The position numbers and the translations under genes were made by a program. Below the pieces are notes generated by a model. That model was not told where the DNA came from. It was given only the letters and a program-made list of their open reading frames with translations, and made no database searches. From NCBI GenBank assembly GCA_026400535.1, contig JAPLOU010000052.1:54715-118714 (forward strand): a stretch of DNA of 64,000 nt, in the 5' to 3' direction. This document shows positions 1 to 9,127 of this stretch, one piece after another. The stretch is from Hyphomicrobiales bacterium (lineage in GTDB: Bacteria > Pseudomonadota > Alphaproteobacteria > Rhizobiales > Beijerinckiaceae). Numbering within the stretch: the first letter of the stretch is position 1; the number at the start of each line of letters is the position of its first letter.

Positions 1-830
1 TCCAGGACCTCGGCCCCCGAGCGCGAGCGCTCGAAGCCGCGCGGCAGCGAGCGCAGGTCCGACAAGGCCTCCGGCTCGCGCGGCGCGCGCTGGACGATGT
101 CCATCAGTGCGTCATCCTTGAGGATGCGCCCGCGTGGCACATCCTTGGTCTGCGCCTCGCTCTCGCGCCAGGCGGCCAGCTCCATCAGCAGCGCCACTTC
201 GCGCGGCTTGCGCACGCGGCCCTTCAATCTCAGCCAGGCGTCACGCGGTTGAGTTTCATAGGTGCCGGGGTGGTTGAGCACCGCCATCTCCTCGACCAGC
301 CACTCGGTGCGGCCCGTAGCCTCGAGGTCGGCCTTGAGCGCGAGATAGATGTCGCGCAGGTGCGTCACGTCCGACAGCGCATAGCTCAGTTGCGCCTCGC
401 TCAGCGGACGCCGCGACCAGTCTGTGAAGCGTGAGGACTTGTCGATGCGCGCCTTGGCCAGATCATTGGCGAGCTGTTCGTAGCCGACCGAGTCGCCATA
501 GCCGCAGACCATCGCCGCGATCTGGGTATCGAACAGGGGCTTGGGCAACATCCGCCCGAGGTTCCAGACGATTTCGAGATCCTGCCGCGCGGCGTGGAAG
601 ACCTTGACCACCGCCTCATCGGCCATCAGCGCGAAGAAGGGCGCCAGATCGAGCCCCTCCACCAGCGGATCGATCAGAACGCCGGCATCCGGTGAGGCCA
701 TCTGCAGCAGGCACAGCTTCGGATAATAGGTCGAATCGCGCAGGAACTCCGTGTCGATGGTCACGAACGGGTGGGCGGAAAGGCGTTCGCAGACGACGGA
801 AAGCTCCGCCGTGGTCGTGATCGGTTTCAT
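1..830 (-). CDS. rnd: ribonuclease D (N-terminal part; 3' end runs off the left edge)
   Basis: Absent from the ORF track because it is open to the window edge. Minus-strand translation from ATG (complement of 828-830) reads [56 protein letters not shown]..., a DEDD 3'-5' exonuclease N-terminus typical of RNase D. Confidence 0.85.
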   Translation of the reverse strand, partial: MKPITTTAELSVVCERLSAHPFVTIDTEFLRDSTYYPKLCLLQMASPDAGVLIDPLVEGLDLAPFFALMADEAVVKVFHAARQDLEIVWNLGRMLPKPLFDTQIAAMVCGYGDSVGYEQLANDLAKARIDKSSRFTDWSRRPLSEAQLSYALSDVTHLRDIYLALKADLEATGRTEWLVEEMAVLNHPGTYETQPRDAWLRLKGRVRKPREVALLMELAAWRESEAQTKDVPRGRILKDDALMDIVQRAPREPEALSDLRSLPRGFERSRSGAEVL

Positions 831-890
831 CGCACGCGCATACGCTTTGCGCGCTGAATCGTCGAGTCCCCGAGCACCGGCAAATGCCGC

Positions 891-2417
<1,527 letters not shown>

Positions 2418-2432
2418 GGGGGGTCTCCGGCA

Positions 2433-2446
2433 GGCAGGCGCTTGTC
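2433..2446. repeat. 14-bp direct repeat, left copy (GGCAGGCGCTTGTC)
   Basis: Identical 14-mer recurs at 3247-3260. The two copies bracket the transposase remnant. Confidence 0.9.
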
Positions 2447-2699
2447 AATGCAGATTGTTAGCGCCCTTGCCGCCGTCGCACCATAGGACGAAGGGCGAGA
2501 CCGGTGTGTGGAATGGTCCAGAAGCATCCGCGCCATCATTGCTCCGCTATGATGGCAACGACCCGGAGGCCACTGTCACTCACCATCCTCATGGTGATCC
2601 GTTGAAGGATGAACGCCAGGCCCGCACCGCCTGGATCCTGGTCCTTCTGCGGGTGCACAATGAGGGTAGGGTATGATGTACACACAGTGGGCCGTCTCT

Positions 2700-3210
2700 C
2701 GTTCGAGCCCGTCTTCGTCGGATGACGCACCCGGCGGGTAAGGCGGGCGATGGGTGTCTCAGGGTCGATGTCGACGATCGCTTGCTGTTTCAGTATAGCG
2801 GATCGGTGGTCACCTTGGACGCCGGATTGCACGCATGTCGGGAACCCGGCGACGCACATGGTCTTTGCGCAAAGGCGGGCGATGGTCTGGGCAAGGCGCG
2901 CAATGGCAGGCACGGTCGCCATGCGCTGGAGTGTTGGTGGGACAGCAACCCATGATTGTGCAGCCTAGCCATGTCAGTGGGGGCGCACTGGGCCATCGAG
3001 AGCACACTGCATTTGATAGTCGATATCGTCTTCCGGGAAGATATCTTACCTCACGGACAGGTTCTCACGCCGCCGACACCGCCATCGCCCGGCCCTTCGC
3101 CTTTGACCTCCTCCACAAGGGCGGCAAAAGTCCTTCTCAGAAGTCAAAAGAAGGAGCACAAAAGGGCCGGATGGAAGCCGAAACACGGCTTAAGGTCATG
3201 AAGCCGTGAT
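2700..3210 (+). mobile_element. ISAs1-family transposase remnant (N-terminally truncated, internally deleted, frameshifted)
   Basis: Fragments in two + frames match conserved ISAs1 DDE transposase blocks: ...VVTLDA..., GRHGR..E, GAHWAIESTLHLIVDIVFRED (cf. HWGIEN-LHWVLDV-F-ED), then in another frame TGSHAADTAIARPFAFDLLHKG...KGRMEAETRLKVM. No intact ORF. Confidence 0.65.
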
Positions 3211-3246
3211 TGCCTGAACCTGGATTTCGCAGCCCTGGCCTGCGTC

Positions 3247-3260
3247 GGCAGGCGCTTGTC
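3247..3260. repeat. 14-bp direct repeat, right copy (GGCAGGCGCTTGTC)
   Basis: Perfect match to 2433-2446. Confidence 0.9.
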
Positions 3261-3337
3261 GAAAACCCAGTCAGATGGCACACAGAGCCCTGTTCCGGTG
3301 TCCATCTAAAAAATGCTTGATGAGGGGGATGGTATTG

Positions 3338-5251
3338 ATGCGCAACAACTTATGTCTGGCGATTGCAGTCCTTGCGTTCAGTGGTTGCACGCCTGCGGGG
3401 GCGCAGGATCGGGCCGTCGCAAGTGATGCGGGGGCAATCAATGCCGAGGCTGCGGCAAAGAACTTCCCGAGGCGCGGCTTCTCTCCTTACGCCAGCCGCA
3501 ACTATCCGACCCGTGTGTTCTGGGGCGACCAGCACGTCCACACAGGATGGTCGGTTGACGCCGGCGCGTTCGGCGCATCGCTGGGACCAGAAGAGGCGCT
3601 GCGTTTCGCGCGCGGCGAGGAAGTCGTGTCCTCACTCGGCGAACGCGCAAAGCTCTCGCGACCACTCGACTGGGCTGCCGTTACCGATCATTCGGATGCC
3701 GCTGGGGTGATCTTCGAAATCCGCGACGGCAACCCCAATTTGATGGTCGACCCGCAGATCAAGAAATGGCACGACATGATGAAGTCGGGCCAAGGCGTGC
3801 AAGCCGCGTCGGAAATGATCGCGGCCCAGTCCAACAACAGGGTTCCGCCCGCCATGAAGGACCCGCGGCTGGCGATGTCCATCTGGCGGAAGAACACGGC
3901 CATCATGGAGAAGTATAATGAGCCGGGTCGCTTCACGGCCTTCATAGGCTTCGAGTGGACGAGCAACGCGGGCGGCGGTGACAATCTGCATCGAAATGTG
4001 ATTTACCGCGACGGCAAGGACAAGGCTGACCAAGTCCTGCCCATGACGACGTTTGACAGCGAAAACCCTGAAGATTTGTGGAAATGGATGAACGGATGGG
4101 AAGCGCGAACCGGCGGCTCACTTCTCGCGATCCCGCATAACGGCAACCTCTCCAACGGCAAGATGTTCGCGCTGAACACGTTCACGGGTAATCCGCTGAC
4201 GCGTGATTGGGCAGAGCAGCGTGCGCGCTGGGAGCCAATGTACGAAATCACTCAGATCAAGGGCGACGGGGAGACGCACCCGGCATTGTCGCCGATGGAC
4301 GAGTTCGCCAATTTCGAGAAATGGGACAAGGCCAACCTCGCCGGTGTGCCGAAGCAGCCTGGCATGCTTGAGCGCGAGTACGCCAGGCGCGCCTTGCAGG
4401 AAGGGCTCAAGATCGAAGGCAGCCTCGGCGTCAATCCCTTCAAGTTCGGCTTTGTCGGCGGCACAGACACGCACACCGGCCTGACAACCGCGGAGGAGGA
4501 CAACTTCTTCGGCAAGCATACCGGCGTGGAGCCGTCGCCGAAACGCTGGGAGCACGCGGTGATCAAGACCGATCAGGTCAACATCGTCGGCTGGCAGATG
4601 GCGGCAGCGGGCTACACGGGCGTTTGGGCGACCGAGAATACCCGCGAGGCGATCTGGGACGCCCTTAAGCGCAAGGAAGCATATTCGACGACCGGTCCGC
4701 GCATGACCGTGCGATTCTTCGGCAGCTTTGAGTTTGAGCCCGCCGATGCCGCCACGCGCATGCCGGCGGAAGTGGGGTATGAAAAAGGCGTGCCCATGGG
4801 CGGCGACCTGCGCCGTGCTGGGCAGGGCAAGTCACCAACATTCATTGCCGCCGCTATGAAGGACCCGTTGAGCGGCAACCTTGATCGCATCCAGATCGTC
4901 AAGGCGTGGATGGACCCCAACGGAGTTGCCCAGGAACGAGTCTACGACGTTGCTTGGTCGGGCGATCGCAAGGCGGGAGCGGACGGCAAGTTGCCTCCGG
5001 TTGGCGATACGGTCGACGTCGAGAACGCCACATGGACAAACACCATTGGCGCCCCGGAACTCATCGCCTTTTGGCGTGATCCGAACTTCGATCCTTCGCT
5101 ACGCGCTGTTTATTATGCGCGCGTGATCGAAATCCCCACGCCACGCTGGACGGCCTTCGATCAGAAACGATTCGGCGTCAAGATGGCGCCTGAGATAACC
5201 ATGAAGGTTCAGGAGCGCGCTTACACCTCCCCCATCTGGTACACGCCGTGA
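3338..5251 (+). CDS. DUF3604 domain-containing lipoprotein (PHP-like putative metallohydrolase)
   Basis: ORF 3275-5251. FWGDQHVHTGWSVDAGAFG and ...AAVTDHSD resemble the DUF3604 N-terminus. Start moved to ATG 3338 (GAGGGGGA RBS 8 nt upstream), giving MRNNLCLAIAVLAFSGC with a lipobox. Confidence 0.8.
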   Translation: MRNNLCLAIAVLAFSGCTPAGAQDRAVASDAGAINAEAAAKNFPRRGFSPYASRNYPTRVFWGDQHVHTGWSVDAGAFGASLGPEEALRFARGEEVVSSLGERAKLSRPLDWAAVTDHSDAAGVIFEIRDGNPNLMVDPQIKKWHDMMKSGQGVQAASEMIAAQSNNRVPPAMKDPRLAMSIWRKNTAIMEKYNEPGRFTAFIGFEWTSNAGGGDNLHRNVIYRDGKDKADQVLPMTTFDSENPEDLWKWMNGWEARTGGSLLAIPHNGNLSNGKMFALNTFTGNPLTRDWAEQRARWEPMYEITQIKGDGETHPALSPMDEFANFEKWDKANLAGVPKQPGMLEREYARRALQEGLKIEGSLGVNPFKFGFVGGTDTHTGLTTAEEDNFFGKHTGVEPSPKRWEHAVIKTDQVNIVGWQMAAAGYTGVWATENTREAIWDALKRKEAYSTTGPRMTVRFFGSFEFEPADAATRMPAEVGYEKGVPMGGDLRRAGQGKSPTFIAAAMKDPLSGNLDRIQIVKAWMDPNGVAQERVYDVAWSGDRKAGADGKLPPVGDTVDVENATWTNTIGAPELIAFWRDPNFDPSLRAVYYARVIEIPTPRWTAFDQKRFGVKMAPEITMKVQERAYTSPIWYTP

Positions 5252-5820
5252 CACGGCTCCGGCGCCAGCTTCTGGCAGCACTTGCTCTGCTGGCGTGGGT
5301 GCCGCCTTCATCGGCGTGTGGATTCGAGGACCCGGGCAGTGTCACCGCCGCACGCGGCATTCTGAACTTCGTATATCCACAATCGCTTCACGTGATCTCC
5401 GCAGTATGGCGCGCGGAGCTCGATGGCGAGCTTGAGCGCGACGCGGCACCTGCCGCGGTGCGTGCGCTCGTCGGCTATCGGCGCAGCACGAGGGCACTTG
5501 AGACGTTCGGCTCTTTCATCAACAACGCGGCACCAACGCCTGCTCCGGCCTTTTCCATCGTTCTTCTGACGCCGATGCTGTGGACGCGCTTCCACCGGGA
5601 CGACGGCGCTCCTGTCGTCACGCCGCATGTGAACGGGCCGGACGCTGGCGACGTCGTGATTGTCACGGACGAGTCCGTGGTTGCCGCCCTTGCAAAGGGT
5701 AGTCTGGGGGCTGGCAGGGCGCTGGAGCTCGGGCTCGTGCGTTTCTACGGCCCGGGAGACCGCGTCCGTGAGGTTGAGCAGCGGGTCTACGAGTTGATCG
5801 CTCGCAACGTGGTCCATTGA
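5248..5820 (+). CDS. hypothetical small exported protein / lipoprotein
   Basis: 190-aa ORF. GTG start overlaps the DUF3604 stop (GTGA, 5248-5251). N-terminus LLAALALLAWVPPSSAC looks like a signal peptide with a lipobox-like Cys. No recognisable domain. Confidence 0.55.
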   Translation: MTRLRRQLLAALALLAWVPPSSACGFEDPGSVTAARGILNFVYPQSLHVISAVWRAELDGELERDAAPAAVRALVGYRRSTRALETFGSFINNAAPTPAPAFSIVLLTPMLWTRFHRDDGAPVVTPHVNGPDAGDVVIVTDESVVAALAKGSLGAGRALELGLVRFYGPGDRVREVEQRVYELIARNVVH

Positions 5821-5841
5821 TCCCGAGTATGGTGAGACACG

Positions 5842-6696
5842 ATGCTGATACGTCTTGTCCGAGAGCCACTCGTGCATTTCCTTGCCGCCGCAGCGGCGAT
5901 CTTTGCCCTCTACAGCTGGATGAACCCATCGCAAGGCAAGGGTGAGCAGAGCAGGATCGTCATCACAACGGCAAAGGTCGAGCAATTGGCCGGTTTGTTC
6001 ACCATGACCTGGCAGCGCCCACCCACGCCGGACGAAGTGAAGGGCCTCATCGACGATTACGTGAAGGAGGAGATCCTCGTTCGCGAAGCCATCGCGCTCG
6101 GCATAGACAAGAACGATGCCGTCGTGCGCCGGCGCCTGCGTATGAAGATGGAGTTCCTGGCCGATGTTGCCGCTGACGCCACGCAGCCGACGGACGCCGA
6201 ACTTGCCGCTTATCTTGCGGCGAACCCCGACAAGTTCCGCGTCGAACCCATGACCTCCTTTCAGCACGTCTTCCTTAGCCCGCAGCGTCGCGGCGACAAC
6301 ATCAAGGATGACGCTGACGTGATCTATCGCAACCTTGCCTCGAACCGCGACATCGACATTTCCCGTTTGGGTGATCCGACTCTGCTGCCATCAGATGTGC
6401 CGCCCACAAGCCGCCGCACGATTGGGCAGGTCTTTGGTCAAGCCTTCGCGGACGATCTACAGAAGCCCGAAATCGGCAAGTGGGCGGAGCCGATCGCTTC
6501 GACCTTCGGGCTGCATGTGGTGCGTATCATCGAACGATCAGAGGGGCGGTTGCCGGAGCTGTCCGACGTTCGCGACACGGTCGCCCGCGAGTGGTCCCAT
6601 GAACGGCGCAAGCAGGCCGAGCGGGCGCGATTCGATGCTCTGCTGAAGACATACGTGGTCGTCATGGACACGACGGCCAAGGCGCCGGGCCGATGA
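5842..6696 (+). CDS. membrane-anchored PpiC/parvulin-type peptidyl-prolyl isomerase
   Basis: 284 aa. N-terminal TM (LVHFLAAAAAIFALYSW), SurA-N-like helical part, parvulin-like C-terminus (GKWAEPIASTFGLHVVRIIERSEGRLPEL). Confidence 0.75.
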   Translation: MLIRLVREPLVHFLAAAAAIFALYSWMNPSQGKGEQSRIVITTAKVEQLAGLFTMTWQRPPTPDEVKGLIDDYVKEEILVREAIALGIDKNDAVVRRRLRMKMEFLADVAADATQPTDAELAAYLAANPDKFRVEPMTSFQHVFLSPQRRGDNIKDDADVIYRNLASNRDIDISRLGDPTLLPSDVPPTSRRTIGQVFGQAFADDLQKPEIGKWAEPIASTFGLHVVRIIERSEGRLPELSDVRDTVAREWSHERRKQAERARFDALLKTYVVVMDTTAKAPGR

Positions 6697-7691
6697 CGTT
6701 CCTGCGGATTGCTTTTCTGGCACTCGCCGGCGTCCTCGCCTCCCCGGGCGTCCGGGCGCACGAGGTGCGTCCGGCCTACCTCGAGATGCGTGAGACCGCG
6801 CCCGAGGAATACGCCATTCTGTGGAAGATACCAGCGCTCGGCGACATGCGGCTGGGCCTCTATCTTCAGTTGCCCGAGAACTGCAAGACAAAGGGCGAGC
6901 CGGTCGCCGCAATAGTCGGCGGGGCGTATTCAGAGCGCTGGCTCACCAAATGCACGGGAGGGCTCGGCGGGCACCAGATCAGCGTCGATGGGCTCCGTAC
7001 AAGTCTCACGGATGTGCTAGCGCGCGTTTCGTTTGCGGGCGGTGGCGTGCAGGTTGCGCGCCTGACCCCTGAGAACCCGGCATTCCGCATCATCGGCGGA
7101 CACTCTGGATTTCAAGTTGCCTGGACCTATTTCGTGCTTGGCGTCGAACATATCCTGGCCGGCGTTGATCACCTGCTGTTTGTGCTGGCGCTGATCCTCC
7201 TGATTCACGATCGACGGATTCTCATCACGACGATCACCGCCTTCACGGTTGCACACAGCGTTACGCTGGTTGGCTCATCGCTTGGCTATATCAGCCTTCC
7301 CCAGAAGCCAGTCGAGGCGACGATTGCCCTGAGTATTGCCTTTGTTGCAAGCGAACTCGTGAAGAGCAGGGAGGGCCAATTGAGGATGTCGGAGCGGACA
7401 CCTTGGCTCGTCGCCTTCGCCTTTGGTCTTCTTCACGGCTTTGGTTTTGCGGGCGCGCTGCAGGAGATCGGGCTGCCGCAAACGGACGTGTCGCTTGCCC
7501 TGCTGATGTTCAACGTCGGCGTGGAGGCGGGGCAACTGATCTTCGTTGCCGGTGTGCTCTTGGTCTGCGCATGCGCCGCCAGGCTCACGTCGATCACGGC
7601 TGCGCCCGTACGTCTCGCTGCAGGCTACATCATCGGTGTCGCGTCAATGTTCTGGCTGATCGAACGCCTGGTGAGCGTCACGGGCGCCTAA
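6693..7691 (+). CDS. HupE/UreJ family (HupE_UreJ_2-like) membrane protein
   Basis: 332 aa. ATGA overlap with the PPIase stop. Signal peptide ending VRA|HEVRP, extracytoplasmic N-domain, then TM core with HILAGVDHLLFVLALILL and LLHGFGFAGAL. Confidence 0.8.
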   Translation: MTFLRIAFLALAGVLASPGVRAHEVRPAYLEMRETAPEEYAILWKIPALGDMRLGLYLQLPENCKTKGEPVAAIVGGAYSERWLTKCTGGLGGHQISVDGLRTSLTDVLARVSFAGGGVQVARLTPENPAFRIIGGHSGFQVAWTYFVLGVEHILAGVDHLLFVLALILLIHDRRILITTITAFTVAHSVTLVGSSLGYISLPQKPVEATIALSIAFVASELVKSREGQLRMSERTPWLVAFAFGLLHGFGFAGALQEIGLPQTDVSLALLMFNVGVEAGQLIFVAGVLLVCACAARLTSITAAPVRLAAGYIIGVASMFWLIERLVSVTGA

Positions 7692-7760
7692 ACATCTTCA
7701 CGATAATGCGCAGCTGCGCCCCCGGATTGCCCTTGGTTACACTCCCGGTTTGCCGGGCGC

Positions 7761-7790
7761 CAAGTTCGGGTGTTGCAAGTTCGGGTGTTG
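7761..7790. repeat. perfect tandem duplication 2 x 15 bp (CAAGTTCGGGTGTTG)
   Basis: Read directly: 7761-7775 equals 7776-7790. Lies in the convergent intergenic region between the HupE-like and Kelch genes. Confidence 0.95.
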
Positions 7791-7906
7791 ACCGTGGCTT
7801 AAGCGATGACACAGTGGCGAAAACGGATTGATGTGCATCACCGGCCGGATGATCGGGTCGCAGAAGCGACAGATCAATCAATGGAAAAGGTCCGGTAATC
7901 AAATAC

Positions 7907-8968
7907 TCAAGCCAAGCTGAACGCCTCGTTGATGGCGCTCTTCACCCCGCCGCCCATCTGGGGCCCACCGCCGGCGACGTAGATCGCGTTGCCGAGGACG
8001 ACGGCGCCCATGCCGTGGCGTGGGGTCAGCATCGGCGCGTAGCTTTCCCACGTGTCAGTGGCGGGGTCGTAGGCCTCGGTCTGGCCGTAGACGCGGTTGG
8101 TGCCTTCGCCGCCCATCACGAAGATCCGGTTGTTGAACCAGACGGTCCCATGGCCGGAGCGCGCGGTCGGGACCGGTGCGCGGAAGGTCCATTGATCGGT
8201 CTTGGGATCATAGCTGTGGTGAAGGTTCGAGTTGGTGTGGAACGTGTCGATGCGCCCGCCGATGATGTGGATGCGCCCGTTCACAGCCACGATCCCGGTG
8301 TGGTCGCGGCCCAGAGGCAGCGGCTGGCGGCGGGTGTAACGGTCGGCCTTGGGGTCATAGGCGATGTGCCAGTCGATCGAGCGGCGATTATCCGATCCGA
8401 TTGCCCCGCCGATGAGGTGGATAGTGTCGCCGAGCGCGATGCACGACATCGCCCCGCAGGCCTCGGGCAGGCGACGCAGCGCAGTCCAGGCCTTGCCATC
8501 GAAGGCGAAGGCACCGTCATGCGGTGTGCGGTTCTGTTCGACAAAGCCGCCAAAGGCGTAGAGCCGATCGCCATGGGTGGCGACGCCGATGTGATTGGAG
8601 CCGCGCGGATGCACCGCCAACTCCTCCCAGCGGTCGGCGGTAGCGTCATAGGCGTGGTGATAGTTCTTGTCGACGCGCTGCTCGGCATAGCCGCCGACAA
8701 GGTGCATGCGCCCGCGATACTCCACAGCCCAGGCCATCTCCGTGCGTGGGATAGGCAGCGGCGCGCGGGGGCTCCAACGGCCCTGAACCGCGGCCTTGGG
8801 GGCGGGGCTATTCGTCACCGCATGCTCGGCGTGCAGCGGCGGCAGGTCCATCCGTCCCGGCTGGTTGAGCCGCTCGAATTGCCCATGTGTGTGGTTATGC
8901 TGCGCCAATGCAGGGGCTGCCATGGCACCGGCTGCGGCGGTCAGAAGGATGCGGCGGGTAAGGGACAT
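7907..8968 (-). CDS. secreted Kelch-repeat (beta-propeller) protein
   Basis: 353 aa. N-terminus MSLTRRILLTAAAGAMAAPALA is Tat/Sec-like. Repeated ...GG..dg....v..YDP..d.W motifs (YDATADRWEEL, YDPKADRYTR, YDPKTDQWTF, YDPATDTWES). Confidence 0.75.
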   Translation of the reverse strand: MSLTRRILLTAAAGAMAAPALAQHNHTHGQFERLNQPGRMDLPPLHAEHAVTNSPAPKAAVQGRWSPRAPLPIPRTEMAWAVEYRGRMHLVGGYAEQRVDKNYHHAYDATADRWEELAVHPRGSNHIGVATHGDRLYAFGGFVEQNRTPHDGAFAFDGKAWTALRRLPEACGAMSCIALGDTIHLIGGAIGSDNRRSIDWHIAYDPKADRYTRRQPLPLGRDHTGIVAVNGRIHIIGGRIDTFHTNSNLHHSYDPKTDQWTFRAPVPTARSGHGTVWFNNRIFVMGGEGTNRVYGQTEAYDPATDTWESYAPMLTPRHGMGAVVLGNAIYVAGGGPQMGGGVKSAINEAFSLA

Positions 8969-9127
8969 AAGGTTTGGCTCCGAAAACGCCTTATGCTAGT
9001 GCACTGCGGCTGCTGTGCAAGCTTGCTCAATCGTGCGGTTGCAGCGCCAAGCCCTTTCCCTTGCCTGCTCCCGCTAGGGTCGAGGATGAAGCCGGGGGCG
9101 CGCGCCGCATGGTGCGTGCTCGCAGCG

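Noticed and set aside
2536-2922. 128-aa minus-strand ORF upstream of pccB
   Set aside because: It overlaps the + strand ISAs1 transposase fragments. I found no motif and consider it a by-product of the remnant.
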